IMG/VR virus record: IMGVR_UViG_3300022602_000025
Direction: 5' to 3' (one strand)
Length of the DNA stretch: 64,000 nt
Origin: a virus
Lineage: Duplodnaviria > Caudoviricetes
Below the pieces are notes generated by a model that worked only from the letters and a program-made list of their open reading frames with translations, had not been told where the DNA came from and did no database searches. Both the position numbers and the translations under genes were made by a program. Below are positions 33,069 to 43,800 of the stretch, in pieces. How positions within the stretch are numbered: the stretch's first letter is position 1; every line of letters starts with the position of its first letter.

Positions 33069-35144
33069 TTAAGTCTTAATTATTGGTAATAAGGCAACGT
33101 TCTTAGGACGTGTTTCAGTGCCACCTGTCATACCTGTATAGTATCTACTTTGGTCACTGTCTGTTGCGCTCGATCCAGCAGCTCCATAAGTATTTGGTAC
33201 CTGAGGGAACGGAACTCCACCTTCTGCATATGGATCTTCGTGATGGTGAGCTGCAAACATATCTTCTTGAGTAGAACCAAATGCACGAGCAGGATCTACT
33301 GCACCTCCACTATCCCAACCACGGATAAATTGTCCACGTAGGTCTGGTACATAGAAATAACTTCCGCCGCCGCCGTATGTATAACCAATCTTGCCAAATA
33401 AACCAGGATAATCAATAGTTCTATATGATGTACCATCACATACCAAATATCCAACTGGTGCTGTTTGCATAGCAACATGGAATACTGATCCTGTAGGAAC
33501 AAATTGTAATGTTGTTAATGAATTAGTTAGACTGCTAATGGCTGCATTTAGAGTAGTTACAGCCGCATCTACGTAAACTTTTACAGCACGTTGAGTAGGT
33601 AATCTGTTATCTGAACTAGCAGCTAATGTAGCATCTGTATCAAAAAGATTAATATTTGTATTTGCACTATCAACAATAGTACCAACTGTAGCTGTAGTCG
33701 CTGTTAATGTATTAACTGTAGCGATTCCTACTGACAAACTAGTCATCGTTGCTGAAATAGTCTGTAATGTGTTAGCAAATACTTCCATCCAGGCTTGATT
33801 TGATGCACCTAGATTGTACAAATTGTTTGCATGAGGTAAAATGTGTCCTTGAACATTAGGAGATCCAATAATACCAATTGGAGTGCCACTTGATCCTACG
33901 CTGATATTTTCAGCATACACAGTACTAAAACGCTTAGACGCACTACCTAAATCAGATGATAGATCTGTAATAGGTGCAACGTTTGAACTAGTAGTTAAAT
34001 TCCACAAGCCATCTAATGTACCTGCTGAGAAATTTGATCCTGCACTAACATTAGTTGCATAGATTGTGTTAAATCTGTTAGTAGAAGATCCTAAACCACT
34101 ACCTAAATCAGTAATCGGATACACCGTAGTGTTAACAGCCCAGTTACCTGTAATGGTACTTGTAGTAAGACCAGAATTTAAATCTTTAATATACGCTGAA
34201 CCAAATTTAGCTGTAGATAAACCTAAAGTAACTGTACCGTTACCTAATACAGGATAGAAGCTAGTACCGTTAAATGCTAAACCGTTAACGTTGTTTTGGA
34301 ACTCAACAATACTAGGACTGTTTAAAATTAACGCAGAGCTAGCATCACTGAATGAAATTGTTGATTGAGCCGCATCGCCTACTTGTATTCCAGATGCAAA
34401 TGTCCATGAGTTGTTAATTGTTTCACTAACATTTCTACGTGGATACGAAGTATCTAATTGATCAAGCAATCCTCTGATAACAACATCTGTTGAACTATTA
34501 GAATATCTAGTAGATGTATTATAATTTTTAAGTGTCAATCCTCTATAAACTACAGGAAACCCTGCCACAGCATTAGTAGTTGTATTAACGAATGTTGCTG
34601 TTGACATCACTCCTAACACTTCGTTGTCTAATACAAACTGAACAACGGCATGAGCATTACCTCTATTGTCATTCATTTGTGTTGATGACATTTTAGTTGT
34701 GCCAAATCCTGCAACAGCTTCTGGTCCAATTAATGTTGTTTGGCCTGTGGCTGTAAATGCAAATAGTTGATTGCTAGAACTATTAAACCATAAGTCACCT
34801 GGCTGATGTGCCGATAAAGGTATCCCACCTGCATTTAATAAAGTGTCAGTTGAAGTATTACTGTAAAGTAAAACAGCCAGAGGTCTCCATGTACCGCCAT
34901 CATATACTAATGGACGTAACACATTTGAATTAGTATCGTACCAAATTTGTCCTACTAGTGGATTTCTTGGTTGTGATGATTTAGCAAAATTTTCTAATAG
35001 ATAAACAAAGTTTTCATTTTGGATTGAACCATACCCTGATGTGTTTTTGCCAACCAGCGTCAAAGATGTTGCTGTAGTATCTGCAATACCATCATTTAAT
35101 ACTAGTAATTGTTCGTTGTTTGATTTAAGTAAGGTGTATGCCAT
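33069..35144 (-). CDS. Tail fibre protein with phage tail-collar domain
   Basis: Shared N-domain; C-terminal VPTGSV..APVGYLVCDG..VPDLRGQFIRGWD..ETRPKNVALLPIIK. Confidence 0.85.
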   Translation of the reverse strand: MAYTLLKSNNEQLLVLNDGIADTTATSLTLVGKNTSGYGSIQNENFVYLLENFAKSSQPRNPLVGQIWYDTNSNVLRPLVYDGGTWRPLAVLLYSNTSTDTLLNAGGIPLSAHQPGDLWFNSSSNQLFAFTATGQTTLIGPEAVAGFGTTKMSSTQMNDNRGNAHAVVQFVLDNEVLGVMSTATFVNTTTNAVAGFPVVYRGLTLKNYNTSTRYSNSSTDVVIRGLLDQLDTSYPRRNVSETINNSWTFASGIQVGDAAQSTISFSDASSALILNSPSIVEFQNNVNGLAFNGTSFYPVLGNGTVTLGLSTAKFGSAYIKDLNSGLTTSTITGNWAVNTTVYPITDLGSGLGSSTNRFNTIYATNVSAGSNFSAGTLDGLWNLTTSSNVAPITDLSSDLGSASKRFSTVYAENISVGSSGTPIGIIGSPNVQGHILPHANNLYNLGASNQAWMEVFANTLQTISATMTSLSVGIATVNTLTATTATVGTIVDSANTNINLFDTDATLAASSDNRLPTQRAVKVYVDAAVTTLNAAISSLTNSLTTLQFVPTGSVFHVAMQTAPVGYLVCDGTSYRTIDYPGLFGKIGYTYGGGGSYFYVPDLRGQFIRGWDSGGAVDPARAFGSTQEDMFAAHHHEDPYAEGGVPFPQVPNTYGAAGSSATDSDQSRYYTGMTGGTETRPKNVALLPIIKT

Positions 35145-35155
35145 TGTTTATCCTT

Positions 35156-37072
35156 TTACCATGTACCGTCTGACCATACAAGGTTGCTTCCTGAAGTACC
35201 TACGTTGTAGTTTACCCACACACCGCCCGATACGATATATTGTTTAACAGCTCTATGTACTCCCATCACATAGGCCGGAATATTAGTTGTTGCTTTTATG
35301 GTTGAAGAATATCCAACAACCGCCGCTGATGTTTGTATACCTGCTTGGTCAACATAAACTGCATTGCCAAGGTCAATGTAATTACTAGATACGTTGTTAA
35401 GTGCAGGAGTAGTTACCTTAGTTACTAATACACGAGCACGACCGTTTTCTGCAATACCATATGGACTTGGATCAGTAGGTGGTAACATGTAGGTCAACAT
35501 TTGAATTACAAATATGTCTAGATTAGGATCGTTTACGCTAGCCGCTTGACCTGTTACGTCAATAGTCGGAGCAAACTGTCCAGAACGTGCAACAGATACC
35601 GCAGAGTCAACATAGCCTTTAGTAGCACCTGTATTCGCTGGATCAGATACAGAAGGCGGAGCCATATTGGTAATTTGTTTACCATTCATGCTTACAGATG
35701 TACTGTTAGCTGTGCCTAAGATTAATGGTGCCGCAGGTACTGATCCAATACCGCTATTGTCAATTTGTGTTGTTCCGGCTACAAGGCTAGTTAACGCACC
35801 AAGGCTAGTAATTCCAGGAGCACTAGTAATTGCATAGCCTAAACTGTTTGCTGTTATTACATCATTGCCTGCAATCTTATAAGTTTTATTATACTGTAGG
35901 TCAATATTTTCTGTAGAAGTCCATGCACCTGTGTTTAGGTACCATAGGAAAGATTTATCTGCATATCCGTGTAGAACGATACCGCCGCCGTTAGCAAATG
36001 TATCATTAACAATCGTTGCTGTACTATATGCCAGTTCAATTAATTTATTATCAACACGTAGATCAACTGTAGTAACATAAGTGCCTGTACCATTAACAGT
36101 TAGGTTACCGTCAATAGTTGCATCGCCCGTTACATGCAACGGAGTCTGTGGTGATGAATTAAACACACCTAAGCGTTCGTTAGTAGAATCAAAATATAGT
36201 CCAGGACGGCCTGATGGTGAATTAAGTTCTAAGGCAAAGTCTTCGTTCGTTCCTTCAATGAACATCGCCGCGACTCTAGAACTTGTATAAGTTGATGTGT
36301 TTACATAAAGTTTGATATCGTTGTTTGTACCAATTTGTATACCAGAGTCATTTGACACTTCCATTGGAACAACAATTTGTGTTAGTCTATTTGTATAAAC
36401 AACGTTGTTAGCACTAATACCACCGATGCTATCTGCAGACGTTGCTGTACCATACCATTTAATTCCGCCAATCGAGCTACCGCTATTATTAACATTGAAA
36501 CCAACATTAACAGATGTCATTCCTAGTGAATCAGGAAACGGTGCAGCAAATGTAAAGGCCGTGTTACTCAATATACCCATCAAACTATTATTTGAGTATA
36601 GGTTAGCAACTGTTTGAGTACCACCTTGGTTATCTTGTATTTGTTCAACTACCCAACCTGACTTACCTAGTGCTGCACTATATGGGCTACCAGTTAAGTA
36701 TACATTACCGTCAGAGCTGATAAATTTAAGTTGTTGTGCAACTGTGTCAATCCACAAGTCGCCAGGAACAAGATTAGTAGGCTGGACAGCACTAATGATA
36801 GGACCGCTTGCTGGTCGGAATTGTTGGAATCCGTTATATACATAAAGACGTTGTTCAACTGTGTTAAACCAAAGCTGACCTTCTAATGGATTAGTAGGTG
36901 CTGTGCTATTAGCAAAATTTTCTAATAAACGAATAAAGTTATCGTTAAGAGCTGTACCATAGGCATTAACATTTTTACCTATTAAGGTTACGCTAGTAGT
37001 AACTGAATCGCTTTGCTGATCAGCTAATGTTAATAAAATTTTACCGTTGGTCAGTTTTAATGTATAGCTCAT
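35156..37072 (-). CDS. Tail fibre protein (paralog, no collar)
   Basis: Shared N-domain (LIGKNVNAYG..LNDNFIRLLENFA..P..P..GQLWF); beta-rich body. Confidence 0.8.
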   Translation of the reverse strand: MSYTLKLTNGKILLTLADQQSDSVTTSVTLIGKNVNAYGTALNDNFIRLLENFANSTAPTNPLEGQLWFNTVEQRLYVYNGFQQFRPASGPIISAVQPTNLVPGDLWIDTVAQQLKFISSDGNVYLTGSPYSAALGKSGWVVEQIQDNQGGTQTVANLYSNNSLMGILSNTAFTFAAPFPDSLGMTSVNVGFNVNNSGSSIGGIKWYGTATSADSIGGISANNVVYTNRLTQIVVPMEVSNDSGIQIGTNNDIKLYVNTSTYTSSRVAAMFIEGTNEDFALELNSPSGRPGLYFDSTNERLGVFNSSPQTPLHVTGDATIDGNLTVNGTGTYVTTVDLRVDNKLIELAYSTATIVNDTFANGGGIVLHGYADKSFLWYLNTGAWTSTENIDLQYNKTYKIAGNDVITANSLGYAITSAPGITSLGALTSLVAGTTQIDNSGIGSVPAAPLILGTANSTSVSMNGKQITNMAPPSVSDPANTGATKGYVDSAVSVARSGQFAPTIDVTGQAASVNDPNLDIFVIQMLTYMLPPTDPSPYGIAENGRARVLVTKVTTPALNNVSSNYIDLGNAVYVDQAGIQTSAAVVGYSSTIKATTNIPAYVMGVHRAVKQYIVSGGVWVNYNVGTSGSNLVWSDGTW

Positions 37073-37076
37073 AGTA

Positions 37077-38969
37077 TTAGGTCTTTATAATATAATAAAT
37101 TGATGGGCCATTTGTAGTGGCTATCGGTGATATGTTCGGAATATTAAATGACGAACCAGACCCACCGTAAGGATATCCAGAAAGACGTAAAACGTTCCAT
37201 AACGCAGGATATTGAGTTTGTGTATATGATCCACCATTACATACTAACCAACCTGCTGAAACAAAATTTGTACTTGTTGCCGCCGCGGAAGATATCACTG
37301 TTCCTGTAGGTACTAACGAACCTGCACCGTATCCTGCACCAGGATCAGTATATCCAACATCAGATAAGAAATTAGCCTTGCTAATTTTTACTAATTGTGC
37401 AGAAGGAGTTTGTGTATATAACATCAAATCGTCGCCGGCATACGCTGTTGAAGTTGATGCTTTTGATGTAATTAATGCTGTAGTTGCTGATGTAGATAGT
37501 CTAACTTGACTACCTGCAGCGCCATTAAATGCGATTGTTGCTGTAGTTGCGATATCGCCAACAGCAGAGAAATTTGTCGATTGTGATAACTGTCTTGCCT
37601 GTGTGGCGATACCAATAAACTGTGCCGCTCCTGGAACGTCACTACCAGCTTGGAATATATAACCGTACACGGTACCAAACGATCCGCTTGCTGTACCAAC
37701 TGATAAAATACCGCCGGACTTATATGGAACTAGTGCAGGGTCGCCTGCATTACTACCTGAGTTACCCACTGTGACAAAACTTCTTACTACGTGTTCGCCA
37801 CCTACAGTAAGTGTACCATAGACTCCGGCATTCTTACCAATGTATGCGCCACCACTTACCTCAAATGCTGGGCCAGCTACTCTTGTTAAATTAGTACCAG
37901 TAAACCCTGTATACGATTCTGAATAATCATCTGTATCAGTTACTGTAAGGAAACCATTGAACTTACCACTACCTGTTACATCAAGTGTTTCAGTAGGATA
38001 ACCAATGTTATTAATACCAACACGTCTAATATCATTTGCGGTGTCTTGTTTAATAATCATTACAGGAACAGTAACTCCTGCAGCGTTTTGTAAATTAAAA
38101 CTAAACTCTCCGTCAGTTGGCCAAACGTTTTTAAAGGCTGCGTTGTATGGAGTAACTGAATTTCGTTCTACAACAAATGTACCATCTGAACCAATACGTA
38201 TTGAGTTAGAGTCTGCCGCTACTGTAAGGGCACCTAACATACGTTGATCAATATCTTTTCTAAGGAAACTATCTGCAGGAACTGTTTGTGCAGACGGAAT
38301 CGATAATTGTAAATTGTATGCTGCGTTAGCTATACCATTAATTTTTGTTGCCGCAGAAACGTTAACACCAGAATAGATTGTTGAGAATCCGCTAATGATT
38401 GGATTTGGTTGCCAATTATCTTCTGTACTAATAATTTCTATCGGACTACCATTCACATAGTTAATAACAACAGTATGTGAATTGTTTGAAATGTCGTTTA
38501 GTGTTGTTGAGTAAGTACCTGTTTTTGAAGTACTTGAATAATTAGGACCAACTAAAGTAAAGTCAGTACCATTGAAAATACTCAACTGGTTGTTGTTTGT
38601 GTCAACCCATATGTCACCGATTCTAGCATTTTGACTTGGATTGGCTCCTGTTTGCCATAGACCGTTGACTGGTGGCCAGTGGTTCGCTCCTAAGCCGGCA
38701 CCATCAAATACACGCAATACAAACTTAGTTGGATCGCTAGTATCATACCATAACTGACCTTGAATTGGATTTAACGGTGATGAAGAACTTGCAAAGTTCT
38801 CCAGCATGTGAACAAAGTTTTCATTAACGGCTTGACCATAACCTGGATAGTTACGACCAACTAGTGTAATACTAGTATTGTTAGTGTTTTCAGTGCCGTC
38901 AGCAACTGTGATAATGTTATTACCAAAATTCTTTGATGGATCAGAAAATAGTATTTGATAACCACTCAT
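37077..38969 (-). CDS. Tail fibre protein with C-terminal tail-collar domain
   Basis: Shared N-domain (LVGRNYPGYG..VNENFVHMLENFA); C-terminal VPTGTV..GWLVCNG..YPALW..FNIPN..YYIIKT. Confidence 0.82.
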   Translation of the reverse strand: MSGYQILFSDPSKNFGNNIITVADGTENTNNTSITLVGRNYPGYGQAVNENFVHMLENFASSSSPLNPIQGQLWYDTSDPTKFVLRVFDGAGLGANHWPPVNGLWQTGANPSQNARIGDIWVDTNNNQLSIFNGTDFTLVGPNYSSTSKTGTYSTTLNDISNNSHTVVINYVNGSPIEIISTEDNWQPNPIISGFSTIYSGVNVSAATKINGIANAAYNLQLSIPSAQTVPADSFLRKDIDQRMLGALTVAADSNSIRIGSDGTFVVERNSVTPYNAAFKNVWPTDGEFSFNLQNAAGVTVPVMIIKQDTANDIRRVGINNIGYPTETLDVTGSGKFNGFLTVTDTDDYSESYTGFTGTNLTRVAGPAFEVSGGAYIGKNAGVYGTLTVGGEHVVRSFVTVGNSGSNAGDPALVPYKSGGILSVGTASGSFGTVYGYIFQAGSDVPGAAQFIGIATQARQLSQSTNFSAVGDIATTATIAFNGAAGSQVRLSTSATTALITSKASTSTAYAGDDLMLYTQTPSAQLVKISKANFLSDVGYTDPGAGYGAGSLVPTGTVISSAAATSTNFVSAGWLVCNGGSYTQTQYPALWNVLRLSGYPYGGSGSSFNIPNISPIATTNGPSIYYIIKT

Positions 38970-38971
38970 TG

Positions 38972-39640
38972 TTAGGCTCCGTTAGTAAGACTTTGTATTC
39001 TCACAGTATAGTCAATTTGCAACATTCTGTTTAAAGATTTTTGTACTGGATGGAAAATAACATGAGTTAAAAGCATACCAGTGCCTGGTCCATTAGGACT
39101 ATAAGCACGTAGGCCTAACTCGTCAAATACATAAGAACCGTTTAGGTTAGTAGCGTTATCAAACGCGGCTTGACCTGTTGGCTCGCCAAAGTCCAATAAA
39201 CAACTTACTAAAATATCTGTATATGCTGTACCTGTAATATGTCTAATCTGCATAAAGTTTCTTGCAGGGTCAATATTCAAAATATTGTTTGAGTCAATAT
39301 TCTTAAAATATGTTTGATTGTACAAGTTAGCAGAAAGTCCAACAGCATTCGGAGTTAGGTATGTAATAATTCCTGTTGGATCAATACGACTACCGCCGTT
39401 TCCAAAGCACATTTCTGTGATAAATCCTTGCCCTTGATTGGACATAGATTGTGCCAGACCAATACTAAAATTTTCGTAGTGGATAGCATTACTCTTGTCA
39501 ATAAACACTTCCTTTGTTTCGGGGTCAAAAATCTTAATATGACCACGGATATTCAGGGATCCTTGTTCATTTGGCTGTGCTTCTGGCTGGATTTTTTGTT
39601 GATCTTCAGTCATTTTGTTGTCTTTTGGTTCTTCCATCAT
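38972..39640 (-). CDS. Virion structural protein (tail/baseplate associated)
   Basis: Beta-rich, in the structural block; the true start may be the Met at 39613 because TAAATA lies only 2 nt before ATG 39640. Confidence 0.7.
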   Translation of the reverse strand: MMEEPKDNKMTEDQQKIQPEAQPNEQGSLNIRGHIKIFDPETKEVFIDKSNAIHYENFSIGLAQSMSNQGQGFITEMCFGNGGSRIDPTGIITYLTPNAVGLSANLYNQTYFKNIDSNNILNIDPARNFMQIRHITGTAYTDILVSCLLDFGEPTGQAAFDNATNLNGSYVFDELGLRAYSPNGPGTGMLLTHVIFHPVQKSLNRMLQIDYTVRIQSLTNGA

Positions 39641-39678
39641 ATTATTTATTCGCTTATAAAAGTGAGTAGTTATCCATC

Positions 39679-40896
39679 TTATTTGTAAGTATTCATGCTA
39701 CCCAGCACGAACCAAGCACCGTTTTCTCGCAAAACATCAAAGGAATAAACGCTGTAAGAGTTAGCTGTAGTTACGGGAACTACAGAATTTAGCCAGCTAA
39801 TTGTTGTTGAAATTGTGCTGTTAATAGTAACACCAGTAACAGTACGAGCGGTCGAAGTTTGCTGAACAATAATGTTTACATGGGTACGACTATTTTCTTT
39901 TTCAAATATCTGCAAGTTTGCATTAAAACTTACCATTTGACTTACTGTAGTTGTTGCAGAGCTCGCAGCCGTTGCTGTACTATAGAAGAAGAAATCATTT
40001 ACACCGCTAACGCTTAGATAAGCACTTGCCGTAGTATTAGATACTGCAGCTGTAGCAAATGATGTCGGTAAGTTAGCACTAATAGTTCCGTTGCCAGTAA
40101 CGTTGATCGTACTTCCGTCAGGAATAACACCACCAAGTGTGCTGATTGTAGCAGGAGGCAATGTGTAAAGATTAATTAAACCTTGACTAATTTGCCCTGT
40201 GTAAGTGTTGATAACAATTGAATATCCGTCAACTTTTACACCACCTAAGGTACTTGTAGTTGCTTGAGGTAAGTTATAAAATAGTGTACCAGTACTGTCA
40301 ATCATAATGCCATTGCGGCTATTATCTACTCTAACACCACCCAATGTTGAAGTAGTTGCTGTAGTTAAACTAAACCCAGACAATACACCTGTTAGCGTAT
40401 TAACAAATACTGTTTGATAATCAGGAATCACACCACCTAACGTACCAGTTGTAGCAACAGGTAGTGTATAAGCATTAACTTGAGTTGAGCTAATAATGCC
40501 AGTAGCTGTATTAACAGTAATCGTTACACCGTCAATACGCACACCGCCTAGTTGGCTTGTCGTAGCTGTAACAAGATTTATAATACCTTCAGCATCAACA
40601 TCAAGGCCGTCACCTACGCGAACACCGCCTAGTACATCTCTAGTAGCAGGAAGTAGCGTATATGACGATCCTCCGCCCCCTGGACCGGCAGGGCCTTGGG
40701 GTCCTTGAGGTCCGGTTGGGCCAGCAGGGCCTTGCGGTCCAGTAGCACCAGTAGGGCCAGCAGGTCCAGCAGGTCCCGTCAGTGTGGCTTGTAAGGCCGA
40801 GTAAGTAAGTTTTTTGGTTATACCTTGATCAACAACCACGAACACGCTGTTCGGTTGCATAGTTGATACTATAGGTAATTCCGTAATTTTTGGCAT
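39679..40896 (-). CDS. Collagen-repeat fibre protein with six AT(T)xxLGGV repeats
   Basis: MPKITELP N-terminus, 11 Gly-X-Y triplets, then six ~30-aa repeats. Confidence 0.85.
   Translation of the reverse strand: MPKITELPIVSTMQPNSVFVVVDQGITKKLTYSALQATLTGPAGPAGPTGATGPQGPAGPTGPQGPQGPAGPGGGGSSYTLLPATRDVLGGVRVGDGLDVDAEGIINLVTATTSQLGGVRIDGVTITVNTATGIISSTQVNAYTLPVATTGTLGGVIPDYQTVFVNTLTGVLSGFSLTTATTSTLGGVRVDNSRNGIMIDSTGTLFYNLPQATTSTLGGVKVDGYSIVINTYTGQISQGLINLYTLPPATISTLGGVIPDGSTINVTGNGTISANLPTSFATAAVSNTTASAYLSVSGVNDFFFYSTATAASSATTTVSQMVSFNANLQIFEKENSRTHVNIIVQQTSTARTVTGVTINSTISTTISWLNSVVPVTTANSYSVYSFDVLRENGAWFVLGSMNTYK
40678..40776 (-). repeat. Collagen-like (Gly-X-Y)11 coding repeat
   Basis: GPA GPA GPT GAT GPQ GPA GPT GPQ GPQ GPA GPG. 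Confidence 0.9.
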
Positions 40897-40897
40897 A

Positions 40898-43800
40898 TTA
40901 TGCTCCTTGTAATGGGACTCCGTTTTCGTCTAACAAGTATTGTCCTGTCTCTAATATAATGTATAGGTCTGAAGCAACATTCGAGAATGGTGCTGTACCT
41001 TGTGGTAACTGTGCAGGACGTTCAATCAAGAACTCTGCCTGCGGAGTTAAATTCTCTGCAAGAGTAACTGTCGAATTTGGATTATACCAAATCTGAGATA
41101 TTCTTCTTGTAACTTCAAGTTTTACTCCTGGATCTGGAGTAAAGTTTAAAGTTAGAGATGAAGTTGTTACAGTAAACTCTGGGGAAACTGATGTATCTGC
41201 TGTGCTTGTACTATCGTAAGATAGATCAAAATCATGCACTACAGTACTTAGGCCCGCCTTCAATAACCTGCGTCCCCCGTATTTAACTTCTACTTGGTCT
41301 GCTAAATTAGTATTAAGAATTGTTACAACTTTACCTGAGCTAGTTGTAACCACCTTAGTGCTTGTGTTAAACGTAATATTTTCACCAATATAGAAAGTAG
41401 TTTGTGTACTTGTTGTAGTTACTGTTGAATAATATTGTGTAAATTCCTGGAACGGAATAGTTTGTTCTGATCCTTGATCAAGTACTTGTGTTCCAGATGA
41501 ATGAACAGCTGGAGGAGTTGTACCGTAAGTTCCACGTCTTAATTGTGCTAGAACGTTTCCGCTAATCTGGAAGAATTCAATTCTTTCACCGTTAACTAAA
41601 ATCACACCAGGACGATTAAACGCAATATTTGGTGTTGATAGTACTGAACCATCTTGCACAAAAATATTAGTTGCAGTAGAAGTTAGATCCTGTGTTAGGA
41701 ATGTGCTGTTCTGAGCACTAATACGTTTATAAGATGCGTTACCAAAGATATCATCAAATATTCTATAACCTACTAAGTGTGTAGCAGATAGATTAGCGAA
41801 GCTGGTAATTACTACAGCATCTGAACCACCTGTATAGAACTTATCATCGATAACAACTGTCTGACCGTCAGCCTCAACACGATAATCTACGTTAACAGTT
41901 AGTGGCTTGCCGTTGTATGCTACCCATACATAACTGCTGTTGAATACTGGTCGTTGCATCACATAAGTGTTAGTAGCATGGCCAACATATCTTTCACTTC
42001 TAATTAAATCTGGGTCATGATTCGTAAATGTTGTTATACGAATCACATCAAGATTACGTGCAGGTTTAGTTAATACTACTAGACCATTTTGAACTACATA
42101 GTCGTGACCGACTTTAACTACGATCGCTACAACATCACCTGTGTTAAGATAGTTGTCAGAGAATATAATTTGTTTATTTGGTTGATCAAATACCCAATCA
42201 CTTGTTGGAATTAGCGCACCGTTTACATAAACTTCTAAACTCTTTAGGTCAGTTCTCTTGCTAGGCAATGTTACTGATTGACTAATATCAAATGTAGTTT
42301 GATTGTTAGCTACTTGATAGTATGTAGTAATTGGCGGAGTTAAACGTAGGCCATTCTTAGTTACAATTACTTGGCTGTGGAATGGACCAACATTACCTGG
42401 AGGTTGTGTTAATCCAATAGAAGTAGTTGTTGTTGTAATATTAACAACTTGTTCTACTACTTCACTGAATGACTTAGTTGTTCCTCTGAATAGGTAAACT
42501 TGAATCGTACCTGGTTGACTAATTGATACACGAGCTCTAGATCTGTATGAGTCTAAGTTATATGATTGGTACGCTACGCCATCAATAGTAATATAGATAC
42601 TTCCAACATCTGTATATCTAACACTACTTAGGTATACAGTAGTTGCATTAGTAGTCACTGTTTCATAATAATCTAACAGACCGATAGATCCACCTACAAA
42701 CACAGTAAGCGTTAACCAACCTTGTGCAGGAGTAGATGATGTAAATGTTAATAATTTATTAGAAAAATCAATAGTGTAATCAACATTAACTGTTAGTTTT
42801 GTGTCGTTTAACAACACAAGGACTGAATCTAAGTTAACTGGTTCAGCACCTAATGCAAATGTTTGTGTAATACCATCTGACCAATATCTCTTAGTTGATA
42901 TAACCGCACTTGATGCAGCTGGCTGTGTAAACACAGTAATACCAACAGACTCATGCACTGATCCAGGAACGTGTTCTTCTGGAGCAGGACTATTAATTGT
43001 GCTTAGGAATCCGTTGCCGCCATCTAAAACAATCTCGCTAGGTGTGGTGCCCAGTGCGCCACTTAATTGGCCGTCACTAATTAACCCGCCGCTGATCACA
43101 GCATCAAGTGTATCTGTATCGCTTGGCAATACTGTACCATCGCTAGTTGAGTAACGAAAAATTACTAGAGTTGAAGTATTAGATGCGGTAAACGCTGCAT
43201 CAGGAATAGTCAACGAAGTAAACGTATTAGCGATGTTTGTAGCTGTAGTAAACTCTGCTCTTAAGAATGCACTAGCATAGGCTTGAACTGTGCTGTTACC
43301 TGTGATTGTAACAACTGGAGTACTTGTGTATCCTCTACCGCGAGTATAATCACTTACACCAATACTTGCAAATGATCCATCGTCATTTAATGTAAATGAC
43401 GCAACTGCCTGTGTACCATTCACACTATTTGGTGCTGAGATAGTAACTTGTGTTGTACTGTAAACGTATCCTAAACCAGGATTTGTTAATACAACCTTAT
43501 CAACAGCAGCCGTACCTCGACCAATCAATGTTGGAACAACATTAGATGGGCCGTCAAGTCTAACAGCAGGTGCTGTGCCAATTTGTACGTATGTGTTAAC
43601 CTGCGTAGGGCTAGATCCACCTGGAATAATATCTGGAATAATAAATGGTGGAGCACTAGTTGTAGTAGTTAATGAGTATGAATAATATCCTACTTCAGAA
43701 GCATAGTTGTCCCATGTTGTTGAACCAAACGGTACACTATCAAATCCTGCAGAATAACTGAAAGGTAGTGTATCTATATTCAATCCTGCATAAGACATAC

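Noticed and set aside
31237-40896. Diversity-generating retroelement acting on fibre tips
   Set aside because: No reverse transcriptase and no near-identical TR/VR pair differing at adenines was seen; paralogs are similar only at protein level.
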